DNA of 64,000 bases from Amoebophrya sp. A120 (taxonomy: Eukaryota; Protista; Dinoflagellata). Position numbers and translations under genes: made by a program. The stretch is taken from positions 1,178,001-1,242,000 of the forward strand of contig CAJINV010000020.1 in the NCBI GenBank assembly GCA_905178155.1. Direction: 5' to 3'. Positions 22,201 to 33,249 of this stretch are shown here, one piece after another; within the stretch, counting starts at the first letter, position 1, and the number at the start of each line of letters is the position of its first letter. Under the pieces are notes generated by a model that saw only the letters and a program-made list of their open reading frames with translations, ran no database searches and was not told the origin of the DNA.

Positions 22201-23171
22201 GCACTGCTGGAGCTGTACGGTACGTCCGGATCATCAGCATTCTGCTCGTCCTCTACTTCAAACTCGTCTGTAGGAACGTCGTTTTGTGGAGCGGCTGCTG
22301 TGCCAGTAGCAGTCTCTGCTTCTGCCTGCTGGTGATCCCCGTCTATTGCTCCTTCCTGTGATGTTGTAGTTGTTCCTGAGGCTAGTGCTATTGTATTGCT
22401 GTCTCTCGCCGATGATTCTGCAGAAAATGCTGGTGCTTGCTCAGGTTGTTCACCACCGACTCCACTGCCTGAGGTTTCGGGTTGCATTTCGCTTGCAGTT
22501 GCATCATCTCGTCCCGGGGTAGGAGGTGCAGAAGTAGTTGCAGTACCTTCACTGCTCTCTTCACCAGAGGACGTTAAAACGGCATGATCCGCACTGCTTT
22601 CCGCCCAAACATTTTCCTCCTGCAACACTTTTCGATCAACATTCGACCGCTCCCATTGCCGTTCGATGTTTCCGTCTGTTGGTAGTTGTTCGGAAGACGA
22701 CGTGGTTGTGGTCTGCTGATTAGGTGCTTGCGATGATGTTTGTTGTACTTGCAGCTCCTCAGCATCTCCGTTCTTTTCTGCAGCCTGGACACTAGCGTCT
22801 GTAATAGCCGAGGATCTTTCCTCCTGCTCGGAGAGATCATGAAATACCGCAGCGCCAGGCGACGGGTCCTTTTCATCAGCACGCGAAGAAGGATCTGTTG
22901 GTGGAGCCGCGTCAGCTTCAGGCTCCGTGGCAGCAAGGACATCCTCGGTATCGTCGTCCGCCGCACGTCGACGGCCCGATGCAAAACACAAGAACGGGGT
23001 GACTCGGCTTCTATTCTGTTGAGATGAAACACCATGGTTGTCCAAAGGGCGAGTCAAAAGCTCATTATGGTGCAGCTGCAGTACTAGCAACACATGGCTC
23101 AGGCACGAAAAAACGAACCGACGCGACGCGAGGACACCAGAGGTGGGTGCAACGACTGCAAAAGCGCACAT
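4255..23171 (-). CDS. Large multi-exon host gene (hypothetical, possibly secreted, low-complexity) interrupted by six introners, one of which contains the retrotransposon
   Basis: ORFs 21030-23171, 20289-20843, a micro-exon at ~20152-20200, 19238-19957, 18791-19195, 17509-18801 and 4255-4668 join in frame when each introner plus one target duplication is removed (e.g. FQGGK|GKLRDLSTW). Confidence 0.7.
4779..4967 (-). repeat. Split direct repeat B2 (3' end of element), 189 bp
   Basis: Copy of 5232-5420. Confidence 0.95.
5114..5236 (-). repeat. Split direct repeat A2, 123 bp
   Basis: Copy of 17420-17542; overlaps B1 at TAATT 5232-5236. Confidence 0.95.
5232..5420 (-). repeat. Split direct repeat B1, 189 bp
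   Basis: Matches 4779-4967 with four substitutions seen. Confidence 0.95.
5460..9102 (-). CDS. Pol: reverse transcriptase, RNase H, DIRS-type N6-adenine methyltransferase-like domain and macrodomain. Exons 9102-7980, 7894-7097, 6796-5460; true 5' end may lie further upstream.
   Basis: RT motifs KIRVISDYS..IN, VDFKDSFGHW, CPFSIGPAPG and YVDD (7812-7823). RNase H motifs YMDAA..GWGG, SINELE, KTDN and GEENIIADALSR. MT-like VDCFA...WWFPP. Macro-like KDICDAKEHYIVH..GLAAQLF...VAIPLKIGQG. Removing two GT-AG introns joins three ORFs in frame. Confidence 0.9.
6849..7041 (-). ncRNA. Candidate structured RNA, copy 1, inside the 300-nt RNase H intron (6797-7096)
   Basis: Shares colinear blocks with 10916-11114 (36/40 identity at 7002-7041 vs 11075-11114). 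Complementary segments GCTACCC/GGGTAGC, CCAT/ATGG, TCTG/CAGA and a GCCGC-loop-GTGGT hairpin. Confidence 0.55.
7895..7979 (-). other. 85-nt GT-AG intron in RT that is itself an inverted-repeat (introner-like) hairpin
   Basis: Sequence GTATCGCAAAAAAATCAGTGC...GCACTGATTTTTTTCTTTGCATACAAG with internal TGCATGAC; removal gives GPAPG-ESDFFVK. Confidence 0.8.
10084..10755 (-). CDS. Element accessory ORF (~220 aa), unknown
   Basis: Long ORF with protein-like composition between YR and RT; no recognised motif. Confidence 0.5.
   Translation of the reverse strand: MIVRLRMNLEHIDYFVKQPVDRQAKSMLMNIKDLGKSEQNSKQLMEVITGFRWCMSKNLIASKSSDPDKLRSTCVTLLDCLEAIASRQACQGKLAEALACAMDSVRSHLSEIWHYPAQSETMQGKKWSSLLQTRNFALTAVTMYREHRDAPPAEIAKIFNLEKTKLKKIRMFELNLRKEGKELARLSDKMLLELLHPRDLPEHLKNKTRDSSSESSYPSTNDD
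10916..11114 (-). ncRNA. Candidate structured RNA, copy 2, inside probable intron 10779-11137
   Basis: Same conserved blocks and pairings as 6849-7041, with divergent loops and linkers. Confidence 0.55.
11122..11472 (-). CDS. Element accessory ORF, unknown and partly hydrophobic; probably followed by intron 10779-11137
   Basis: ORF starting MERPLMH between YR and pol; GT donor at 11137 and polypyrimidine-CAG acceptor at 10779. Confidence 0.4.
   Translation of the reverse strand: MERPLMHLSGWRFWAYVTRIFVQKCWILVQRLHNAPALLARAAYDDSRFDFESFMRTYRSAQHWCYIIKLYSTSAGRVLILYMLIELGLINGYSLLCASVAYLVAQKAERCRFYCY
11653..13895 (-). CDS. Tyrosine recombinase with long N-terminal extension (exons 13895-12787 and 12679-11653)
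   Basis: Catalytic motifs CVRRSDE (R), AKSDQ (K), ISLRKGG (HxxR-like), GGW and HY (Y). GT-AG intron 12680-12786 joins ...QKLWKG|LKKEAH in frame. Confidence 0.9.
14192..15886 (-). CDS. Gag-like protein with N-terminal Cys-rich zinc finger and C-terminal Cys/His knuckle-like region (multi-exon)
   Basis: N-terminal CVIC...CSEASC..CICSNC...CKAC and C-terminal CPKPQCGGEAHWNKDC. GC-AG intron 15344-15424 restores the frame (AAAQ|SFIDS). A second intron at ~14946-15090 has unresolved ends. Located upstream of YR/RT. Confidence 0.6.
16214..16877 (-). CDS. Element ORF0, unknown function (exons 16877-16581 and 16486-16214)
   Basis: GT-AG intron 16487-16580 joins two ORFs in frame (SALL|ETVSRL); lies inside the element boundaries. 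Confidence 0.5.
17420..17542 (-). repeat. Split direct repeat A1 (5' end of element), 123 bp
   Basis: Matches 5114-5236 with one mismatch seen (aaagcgt vs aaagtgt). Confidence 0.95.
18589..18836. mobile_element. Introner, family 1 (TATGGCGTTCTCAA..GTTACATTCTCAACTGTTACATG TIR)
   Basis: TIRs; TSD tctgc; removal restores frame (IAVA|DDDTVW). Confidence 0.85.
19239..19347. mobile_element. Introner, CCCATCCCCATCCA-type family
   Basis: TIR tatccacagaaaaa / tttttctgtggata; TSD tccgc; frame restored (PLVR|KREAYD). Confidence 0.85.
19910..20151. mobile_element. Introner, family 1
   Basis: TIR tatggggctctcaagcgttacattctca / tgagaatgtagcatgtgagaacgccata; imperfect TSD. Confidence 0.8.
20201..20345. 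mobile_element. Introner, family 2 (TATCCTGTGCAAAAGTATCGCACTCGTA TIR)
   Basis: TIRs; TSD gtccg; frame restored (QHPD|LQHQ). Confidence 0.85.
20893..21073. mobile_element. Degenerate introner, family 2
   Basis: Left end catcctgtgcaaaattatcgcactc; flanks ggaag/gaaag; frame restored (PGAF|QFWDHF). Confidence 0.7.
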
Positions 23172-24635
23172 ACGTGATACGGAGGAAATAAGGAGATGTG
23201 GGAATATTTCATCTATTTAGATTCCCGAACTAACATTAGGGTCTCCATGAGGCCGGGCATTCAAAATCGAAACACAAATCGCACAGTTGAAAGGCGAACC
23301 CTTTCGTTGTAATCGTCCCATGCATATGAAGACTAGACCACCACAACAAAGAACGAACTAAAAACTAACCTTTTCGACGTCATTAATCGCGTTTCATCAG
23401 ATCACACGAAAGAAAAGCCAACATTACACAAGACACAAAGTAGAGTACGCAATCTTCACACCTGCCAATTTATGATCAGGATTGGATCTGCGATCCGAGG
23501 GCACTGCGCGACTGCATTTGAGTTTGACACGATGGCGGTGCATTATCACAATCATGTTCATGATGAAGTTCCTTTTTATTGGATGATCATTTTCATTGAT
23601 TGTCCTAGTAGGATCGTATGGCAACACGAATAAACATGAAGGATACGACAACGAACCCCAGGAGACACAAATAATGGCTTCGGCCGTCCGTGCGCGTGCC
23701 GCTAAACTATTTTCGATCAAAACAATAAAAACGTAAACACATTTAGCTTGATCTTTCTGGATATCTTTCTTCCATGCGTGCCACACACATTAACGAACCA
23801 AACTAAACTTCGAAGAATGGTGCAAGGTCAAACACAAACACAAGCGCTCCGTTGTTGTGAAAGATCACGGGACCACCACCGGAATCAAGTTTTTGCTATG
23901 TTTCATGTTGCAGGCAACTGAAGCGCGAATGCCACTGCCAGGTGGACGATGTCAAATTCGAATGTTCGAGTACATTGCGGGGTAATGCTTCTGGAATTCC
24001 AGTTCTTCGGTTTTTGGGGTGGGGAAACGGAAAGATTTTGGAAGAAAATCTAAAAATTCGTGACATTCCCATTTCTTAGGAATGAATAGTTCGGCTGCTA
24101 TGTTTCTGAAAAGGAAATTACAATGGCAATGAGCACAGCAACTCACGGTCTTCCTCTGTGTGGACGCCTCGAAAAACAAAAAAAGATCTGTGGCGCGTGG
24201 CTACAACCTTGCCAAGCGGCATCAGACGTTGTGAGCGGTGGACGAACTTGGTGAAGCGCCATTATCATTAAAGGTAAAAATGTTACCTTCTTTGCTGATC
24301 ATCCTTTCGTCGTGCGAGAACACCGCGTCGTAGGACAGCATTTGTCGCCCAGCAGGCAGAAGCTGGTTAGAATCTCCGTACAAGTCGAGTCGCTTCTGCG
24401 GGTCGTAGTCATTCTTCTGGGCACGGGTATGCTAAGGAAAAATTATATTTGAGTTGTCACGTCGCATAACGCACAGCTTGTTTTGCAGTGGAACTGTTGG
24501 CGCATTTCGTTCCGTATACAGAGATGGTATAATTTCAGTGGAAGCAACAGAATCTTCCTTGTCTTGAGTCTCTTCTCTATCCTCAGCATAGACGTACTCA
24601 TGATTTTTTTTTATTAAGATGCATCATAGTCGTCC

Positions 24636-25022
24636 TCAGCCAAAACTAGTACAACACTGGCAGTCAGTGGTCATACTTACACATGCGTAGTTAGATAGTG
24701 TGACTCCCAAACAGGATAACAATTTTTCCAAAGGATACACGGACCACACGAATTTCTCCTTTTCTAAATTCTCCCCGTGCTTCCGGTACATGCAATTGAT
24801 GACGACGATGAGCAGGACTACGCAGGTTCCCAGACCAAAGACAAGCACAAGCATGCAGAAAGGAATATGCGTCTTCCCACGCTTGGTTTGCTGGTCATCG
24901 TCTACAACTTGGTGTGGTGAAACCCCGCGAGCCTGCTTTTTACCTCCGCCCATAATTGTGCTACTTGCAAGAGGTGGAATAGCTTGGAGGTCTACTCGTC
25001 CAGCATTTTGTCGCTTGTTCAT
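24636..25022 (-). CDS. Small hypothetical membrane protein (probably partial, multi-exon)
   Basis: Hydrophobic stretch FCMLVLVFGLGTCVVLLIVVINC. Confidence 0.4.
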   Translation of the reverse strand: MNKRQNAGRVDLQAIPPLASSTIMGGGKKQARGVSPHQVVDDDQQTKRGKTHIPFCMLVLVFGLGTCVVLLIVVINCMYRKHGENLEKEKFVWSVYPLEKLLSCLGVTLSNYACVSMTTDCQCCTSFG

Positions 25023-25124
25023 AGGATCGTCCGCTGCCAGATGAATCTCTTGGCTCTCTTGTAGCTGCAGTTGTTCTCCTTTCCTTTCGCTGCCATCCGA
25101 AACTCTCGGACAGGTGACTCCGTC

Positions 25125-27652
25125 CTAGTCCTTCACGTTGGAGCATAATTCAATTCGCCCAATGGCCATGTCAAACAAGTGACTTGGATCGCGAGCGCGG
25201 CCGTCCCCGTACTCCCAATCTACACGCTTTGTCGCGCCGCGTCTGTACTCCCAATAGGTATTTGGCGTGTGGAAATGAAAGGTCAGTATCCCCCCGGTGT
25301 CCGCTAGCTTCTCGGTGGCTTTGGAAAACGAAGCGCCGCCGGGCACGTTCTCGTGGTGCACGTTTCTCACTTGCCCGAAGAACTTGCTTTCACGATCCGG
25401 CCCAACAAGGTTCCATTCGCCTCCGGACGCATCTTTCGTCTCGCCGACCCGGAGCGCGAAACTGGTTCGCTCGAGCTCCCCCTGCGGTAGAGGTTGTCCA
25501 GGAAGACCGTCAAAGCGAGCGTAGTAGGCGTTCGCGGCTTGTCGTTGTTTTGCTCCTGCTTTTCGTTCCGGAAAATAGTCACCGTCTACTTTGGATTTGG
25601 AGGTAGTGCTAGACGAGTCTGAAGAGTCGTAATGGTGCCACCTCGGGTCGAAGGGCAGCGATTTCATGTCAAACGGCATCTGGCCTTCCCGGGAAAACAG
25701 TTGTCGCCCGTCGTCCAGCGCCACCACCGTATTCAGGACGTGCGTGCGGCACTCCGCAGTCACGAGACCCACGTTGGTGTTTGGGCTGTACACATGGAAC
25801 TGGTGCTGTGTTGGTTCTTTAGTTCGTCCAGTACTTTTTTTCCGTGCGCTAGTAGAACTCGAGTCTTTATCTCCTCCTGTGGCATCATCTTCTCTTGAAG
25901 CCGGTCCTGCGTTTGCATTCTTCCCCCAGCAATTGATCTCCTTTTTCCGCCCCTCACCGCTCGGCTTGTGCACGAACTCTGTGCACTTTGGCGTGGCCGC
26001 GCACAGCTCCAGACACTGGTCCTGCGTGATGCCCGACCGCGCCTTGTGGTCCCCGGTGACCGCAGTTACTAAAGTTTCGTCCGGTACTAAACTGTCGCGC
26101 TGGTGCAGGACTGCGCACTTGTTTGTGCTTTCCTCGGGTAACCGTTCCTGCCGCGGCCACTTCCAGCCGCGGACCGGAGCCAGTTGATCGGGCACGTCGC
26201 GCATCAGAACCAGGCTGCTGACGCCCGCGGTCCAGCCCTGGGGGCCCTCGGTGACGATCTGGTAGGTCCAACAGGGCGGAATGGGCCCCGACGGGTCCCC
26301 CAGCCAGTCCTTCTCGTCGCAGTAGTAGTCTTTGCGCGGCCCGGGGTTGGGGGACATGTTGCCGTCGATAAAGTAGGCGTTGATCATGCAAACGTGCCCG
26401 GGTTCCTTTATAAAAAGAAAAAAACTGTGTAAGAAGTGTAGCTTTGTGTTGCAAACGATGCAAGACACTTACACCTGTCATGCTGGACATGCATCAGAGG
26501 CTCTTTTCGTACGTGTTTCCACGTACCAGCTACGCATAGCTGGTTTTCTGTGTCATGCAGAGAAAACTTGTCATGCTATTCCTTCAAGTTCAAGAAAGTT
26601 ACACCTACAATACACAGTTTTTTTCTTGGATATCCTTCCGCCCGCGATCAATCGTCAACTGCAGGGCCGTCCCCGGGGGGAACTTCCACCGCGTCAGCTT
26701 TTTCTGTGGCACCACGTCCGGCCCCGCCGGGTCGTCCCAGAAGGCCTCCTCGTCGGGGGTCGGCTGCCCGGGCGGGATATGGATGTGTCAGGATAATTGA
26801 AATCGACAAAGTTGAAATAACTTGCAATGCATAAAATGGATGAAAGTCCAAGTGGCGCATGACAAATTTGGGTAGAACCGAAATCCAGTTTGTCATGGTG
26901 TTTCGGTAAGGAAGACGCCTTTTGTCATGCTACTTTCGCAGTGCTCAGTTTCTACTCCTCAACAGGCCCACAATCTGCCTCGCTATCACTTGCCTACTCT
27001 GCAAGACAGGCGCTCTGAGGGCTGCAGTTTATGCATGGCAAACTATTTCAACTTTGACGATTTCAATCCTGACACTTCCATACGGGATCTTGGTCAGGTA
27101 AAATCCCTCGTGGTACATCGGCAGCCGGTCCCAACCGGGGCCGAACCGCACGTCCTGCCTGAGCCGGTTCACCCGGAACCCGGTCGTGCCGACTGTGATT
27201 GCGGGAAGATCCGACTCTTGTGAAGTAGAATTCCTCACCGGAACATCAATCTTTGTTCCCCAGGTTGTTTTCGATGTGTTCACATCCATCCGCTGTTTCC
27301 AAGTCACCAGGTACACCGGCGTGGGTTTGCCATCTTCCAGCATCCAAAAGCAAAACTTCGCGGGTGTGCACGAAGTGGCGGCGGGCAAGGCTGCCTGCTG
27401 CTCGGAACTACCGGTAGTGGGAGAACTTTTGGTAGTAGTTCTTGATGCGGTGTAGTTGAAGAAGCTATCATCGTTGGTGATATCCTCGATAACAAACGCG
27501 TTTGTTTCTCGTTTGTTACCCTCGTGTTCTTTGGCGCGAACGGCGTCCGTGCTGACCACTTCGCCTTTATTTTCATCGAGGTTTGTAGCACGGTCAGCGC
27601 TGGCGTATGCGTTCTGCAGGACGAGCAGCAACGAAATTTTTACCCGGACCAT
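25125..27652 (-). CDS. Secreted protein with PAN/apple-like motif (3 exons)
   Basis: Signal-like start MVRVKISLLLVLQNAYA; motif TQDQCLELCAATPKCTEFVH..C; exons join in frame across introners 26778-27082 and 26409-26632. Confidence 0.65.
26409..26632. mobile_element. Introner
   Basis: TIR aagaaaaaaactgtgta / tacacagtttttttctt; TSD tcctt; frame restored (GRK|EPGH). Confidence 0.8.
26778..27082. mobile_element. Introner, family 5 (GTGTCAGGATTGAAATCGTCAAAGTTGAAATA TIR)
   Basis: TIRs; TSD cggga; frame restored. Confidence 0.85.
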
Positions 27653-29358
27653 CGCCGTGCTTTATTTTCGCGGCACGGCGACCAGGAACAAATGTGATGA
27701 AAACCACTTGATTCTACGTCTAGCTCTAGGGCTGTTCAACAACCAAAATTACAGACTAACAAAATTATACATTCAACGAAGTTGACTTTGAGACATCACA
27801 CGAAAGTGAATTCATTCTATGTGAGAAACAAATAAAGCTAGTTGTGTCTCTAGCGATAAAGCTAAAGCAGTTAGTACTCTTTTGCACAAGGGAAGCTTGT
27901 GCGCCGGCGGGAAAAGCACCTTTGCAAAAAACGACGTTCTCCATGCCTGTAAAGGAGCTGGATGTGGAACATTTCGTGTATGCCGGTGGTGAATATCGCC
28001 TTTACAAAACGTTCTCGGGAACAACGGTATGGCTATTTATTTTCATAACTACTACAACACGAAGACAAAAGTAAGATAACAAATGAGGGTGTGATGCAAA
28101 TAGCAGGACGACTTTAACAACTTCATGAACGGTAGAACGATAGAACCAAGAACGATAGAACGACTGCCAGAAAGCACGACTTTGTACGACAAATGACACC
28201 ATATTCTTGAAAATCATTTTTCCACCAAGAAGAAGCTGAAGCAAGATAGCACCAGGGTACTGGCATAACGAAACGATAAAGAGACGACATCATGCAATCT
28301 AGGGCTCTGTTGGTCAACAGACCGCCCCGACTGGTTGGTGAACAGCCAACCTGAAGTGATCACGTAAGCCCCTTCAGGTCCGTCGCGGTTCTGCATCAAC
28401 ACAATATGTGTCGCAGCTCAAAGGAGTGGTCTAGTCTCCTTATTTTGTTTTTTTTTTTTTTACGATTACAAGAACTGACTCTGATTCTGTACGATATCCA
28501 AGATGGAGTCCATCGATATCGAATCGCTTTTGGTATACGCAAAACGAGTTGAGAAGCCTACGTCCGCCATAGGAAACGTGTCGACTACTCATTCACCTTG
28601 ATGTGCAATCTCCTCTCTTTCTTCCCAGGCCTCGAGGACCTAGTGCAATCGAGGATCCTTGTAGTCAAGGATCCTGCTCGGTTGCACTACTATGTTGTGA
28701 ATGTGATAAAAAACTTTCAGTAACACTGATATTGATATGCGCAAAGAAAGTAACGATTTAGAAAATTGCACTTGCGTGTACTGTGTGGTACAACTCGCAC
28801 CATGCATTCGTTTTGCCTACTAGATAAAAGGAAAAGGATCTACTCATATGTCAGCTGATAGTGATTTTTTACTTGGCCTCATCCGCATCAACTCATCAAT
28901 GTTGAATCGTGGCGCAAGCTACATCCAAGTAATATCGGCTTTTTACTAGTGTATGGTGTGGTGTATTCTGAACTTGTCACCCTGCGAGGACATGTTCCAT
29001 GCTAGTGGAAGAAAAACGCAGTTTCTCAAGCGGAGTTCGCTACTAAAAATAAGTCAAGAAAAACTGATAAAATCCCCACTCTCTCATTCCCATCGCACAC
29101 CACGTACACGTTGCGGTATGGCCGCTACGCTAGCAACAAAATGAAAATCATTTCATCTAGCATCAGTCAGCTCTTGTTGTATCCATCGGATTCTTGATAG
29201 TACTAGTACGTGGCTCAAGTAGGTGTCCCTGCTTCACGAAAAAAATCTCCCAATGTACATATATCAAACTGGTGACTTATGTTCACCGACCCATTAAGTA
29301 GAAAACTCCTCAAAAAGAAACATCAACATCATCTTCAGTAAAATCAAAGAAAACAAAT

Positions 29359-30873
29359 CTACGGCAGGTGTTCGTCTTCTGAGTCGAGGTCTTTGTTTCT
29401 GATTTCAGCAACAGCGTTCATCTCCGTGGGCAGTTTACAGTAGCCCAAGATGAGAAGGATGAATCCCGTGATGGTTAGGATGGGCATCCACATTTCGCAC
29501 AACCACAATGCTCCCGAGCCGAGTTGGAAGTTGAAGTCACCATCGATGTCCCCGCTCGCAAACTGTTGAATATCCTCCTTCGTCGGAATGTTTCCATATT
29601 TGGTCAGTAGGCTTGCATACAGGAAACCGGCGACGGCGCGGTAAAAGAAGAAATAGTCGGGGAAATCGATAATTGGCGGCGAGCCGTCGGCAGGGTAGAC
29701 CGGGGCCGGGGCGTTGGCCTGAATGCCGTACCAGACATTGTCATTTTCAGCATAGAACAACTGCGCCACGCGCGCCCACCGTAGCATGTGCAACACCCAT
29801 GCGGTAAACAGCATCGCGAGGGAGATAACGAGGAAAACGAGCAACCCTTTTCTCTTCACGATGCTTCCCTTTCTCAACATCGGCGTGCACTTTGCGAGCT
29901 GGAGTGCGAGCGCGAGGACAAACATGAGTACCACCTGGGCGACAGACACGGAAAACATGTTGGCGCCCGAGTCGGATATGGGAGTGTCAGGATTGAAATC
30001 GTCAAAGTTGAAATAGTTTGCGATGCATAAAATGCTAGATGCAAAGGGCCTGTCTTGCAGAGCAGGCAACTGAGGCCGATTATAAGCCTGTTTGGGGTGT
30101 GAGATAGAGCTGCTCAAATAGCATGACAGAAGCAGTCTTCTCTGCTCAAACAGCATGACAAATTGAATTTCCATGCTCCCAGCATTTGTGTTGCGCCACT
30201 TGCAAACTGGGTTCCAGCTTGTATCGCTTTTCTGCATCACAGATTATTTCAACTCTGACGATTTCAATCCTGACGCTTCCATATCGGAAAGAAAATTCGT
30301 AAACACGGTGGGGTCCAGGTTCTGTAAAAAGGTGGCAAAGTCCGCGAGAGCCTTTGGCACTGGGACGCCCGGCGGAAGCAGGTCGGGAAGGTTTTTCACG
30401 AACGTTGTTAGATCGGTGAGCAGTTTCGGCGTGTCCTTTGGACCCTTGTCCGCCGTTCCGTAGCCGTAGGCGAGGTACTTTACGAAGGAGTAGTTGAAAC
30501 TACTCTCCGTCTTGATAGCGTCGCGCATCCAGCCGGCCACGTGAGCGTCGTCCATCCGGGAGCCGATAAGCAACAACGTCAGGTACAGTAAGCCGAAAAG
30601 CCCCAGAAGACCTGAGGTGACATTCACCCCGACCCGCAGGAGAGTCTCCGAGGAAGTCTCGGGAGAGGAACGGGCTGCAGGAGCCGCTTCTTGCAGATAG
30701 ATCACCTTCTGCTTCTTGCGCTGCGGAACTAGAGTCGGCGTCGGGGCCTGACCCGCAGCATAATAACGAGAAGGGGCGGCAGGGTACTCGTCGGGAACGG
30801 AGTGGTAGTGCTGGGTGGCACCTCCAGTTATACTGAGCTGCGCTTTTTGGTTCGACATTTTTCGGTTTTTCAA
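29359..30873 (-). CDS. Multi-pass membrane protein (2 exons)
   Basis: Several hydrophobic segments; ORFs 30244-30873 and 29359-30240 join (NFLS|DSGANM) across an introner. Confidence 0.7.
29977..30283. mobile_element. Introner, family 5 (opposite orientation to 26778-27082)
   Basis: TIRs; TSD tcgga. Confidence 0.88.
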
Positions 30874-32296
30874 GAAAACGAAAAAGGGTGGATGAGAACG
30901 AACTGCTGGAAAGACGCGATGGTTTTTTGTCCCGGTGCTCTCCTTGTATCAGCTTTCTTCAATATTTTATCAATCAAGGTTCTGCAGAAGTTAACTTGGG
31001 CTAGTCAGAGTCAGACTCAGAAGGTGAGTTATTTAGCTTTATTTGAGCAAGATTACGGGAGGTTTTGATTTTGTGAAGGTGTGAAGATTTTTGTACAACT
31101 CATGCGGGAGTATGTTTTGCTGTGGAGAAGGACAAATGAACTCACATAACAAAGTGACAAACAAACTCTCAAACAACATGATCATGGCTATTCGCTAGTG
31201 TGTTCGTTCCTTTTGATTTGAATAGGATCATCTTTGCCCATCGATCATCTTCCTAAGAGTTTTTTCTTGCTCACAATAGTACAAATCTGCACGAGCACGA
31301 CCGAGCAGACCTCATCAGAAAATCATGAACAATGTTGTGATTTAGAATTCGGATTCGCGAATTCTGGTATGTTGTATTTCCAAATCACACGACCGAGGAA
31401 ATTTTCACCAAACCGACTGTTTATGTTTCGCTGCAGCTTGACCTTGAGATCTAATTATTCAATCAAGTCTTGCATATCGGGACCAAGATGAGAATATGGT
31501 GAATTTCAAACAGAAACTTTAGCGACAGCGGCCAGTTTTGACACATACTTTTTGGATTCCTTGTTGCGGCCATCTGATGGCCGCACTGGTACAACATACT
31601 ACAATTACTAGCCAGCAGAGCTTCTGATTATTTATCTTTTTGTTTACAATTCTTGCAAGTTCATGTTCATCATACAGGTCTTGGCAAATCATTCTGTTGT
31701 ACGTGTACCATATCGAAGATGGAGTCCATTTTTGAATCGCTTTAGGTATACGCAAAACTACATGGGGGAGAAACCACCTGCGCCTACCACAAGAATCGCG
31801 TCGACTACTGCTTATTCACCGGTGGATCTGCAGTCGCTTGTTGCGTTCGCAATTTGGTTTTGAGCACAGCCCCTGGTGCATCGAGCGTGCGTCTCATTCT
31901 CTTACCGCGTAAACGTAAAGAGGCTCTCCATAGTTCCCGCCTCGCATCACACGAAAATGTGTGTGGAAAAATCTTGATGCGCATTAATTTTCTTTCTTTC
32001 TTCCCAGGCCTCGAGGACCTAGCGCTAATTTTGGTATAATATTTTTCGAAACTCCAGCAAAGTGGACACTGTGTCCCGATGATCAAATTAGAAAAACAAA
32101 TCAGGTCATAATGATGAAAGTTGCAAAAGCGAACGCCAACGCGTCGCACTTGAAAAAAAATTTGCAAACCGAAGCTGCGCAAAAAAAATTCAAAAAAAAA
32201 CGCAAAATCCCGTCGCAATGTCCCCTTGAATTAGAATTTATGTCATGACGACATGATCGGGAAACTACATAGAACGCCAGAGCGGCTCTGGCTGAG

Positions 32297-33124
32297 TCAC
32301 CCTCTGGCAGGCGGTTGAAATCTTTGGGTAGTTGTAGAAGCTGCTGCAGCACTCTCGTCACTGCCGCCACCCTTCGTAGTACCACCGCCGGAGAATGACC
32401 CGAACAAACTTCCGAAGACACTACCGCCACTCGTTTCCTCTTGTTGCGACGTTGCCCCCGTTCCTTGCTGCGCGCCATTTGTTCGTGCGCTCCGCGAGGA
32501 CGTCCGGCCCCCGGAGCGGTGGTGCCGCACGGCCCCCGCTGCGGTCACCCCCGAGCTGGCCCGCCGTGGCGAGGATGGTTTAGTATTTTGGGAACGAAAC
32601 AGTTCCTGCTCTATGCCATCTAGCCGCGTCATCACCCGGTCCAGGGTGCTCCGGTCCACGTAGCTGGAGCGCAGCTCGTCGATCTGGTCCTGCACGCCGG
32701 TAATCGCCTTCTGCAAACGGGTCTCCACCTCGGCACGTATTATCTTCAGGGCCTTCTCCTCGTCCAGGTTATCGACCTGCTTCGTCGGGGAGGACTTCCT
32801 TGTGGCTGAGGAGAGAAAGGACGACGAGGACCCAAAGCCAAAGAACCCCCTTCCACCGGTGCTTTTCGGCGAGGTGGATTCGGCAGCGTCCTGTGCCTCC
32901 TTCTGGCGCGCGAGCAGCATACTGTTGCGGTTCAGTACGTTGGCAGCCCGCTGGTCCAGGTCCTGGGCCTGCTGCAGGGAATCCAGGCTGCCCTTGATCT
33001 GCGCCAGCGCCGCGTCGTCAATGGTGGCGTCGCATTTCCGCGTCAGGGCTTCGATCTGCGTGGTTATGCGTACGAGCGCCGTGTTCACTTCGACCCAGTT
33101 ACGAACCAGCTTGGTCTCGTCCAT
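32297..33124 (-). CDS. Coiled-coil hypothetical protein or exon
   Basis: 275-aa ORF with heptad-like helical N-terminal half and GC-rich codons. Confidence 0.55.
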   Translation of the reverse strand: MDETKLVRNWVEVNTALVRITTQIEALTRKCDATIDDAALAQIKGSLDSLQQAQDLDQRAANVLNRNSMLLARQKEAQDAAESTSPKSTGGRGFFGFGSSSSFLSSATRKSSPTKQVDNLDEEKALKIIRAEVETRLQKAITGVQDQIDELRSSYVDRSTLDRVMTRLDGIEQELFRSQNTKPSSPRRASSGVTAAGAVRHHRSGGRTSSRSARTNGAQQGTGATSQQEETSGGSVFGSLFGSFSGGGTTKGGGSDESAAAASTTTQRFQPPARG

Positions 33125-33249
33125 AGGAAGCTCAGTCGCCTGTAAGAAGTTTCTTTCGGCAGTAGAGCGCGACCGTCAGCGAGATGCACATACTTATCAT
33201 GAACGCTTCAAAATTGCTAGAGCGATTGCGGCAGTTCTTCTATTGTCTC

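Noticed and set aside
17547-22361. Long plus-strand ORFs (e.g. 17573-18502, 21225-22361; also 48317-49063 and 51777-52607)
   Set aside because: Antisense shadows of GC-rich minus-strand exons with no recognisable domains.
32117-32220. A-tract and GCAAA-rich patterned stretch
   Set aside because: Low-complexity non-coding sequence with no defined repeat unit or boundaries.
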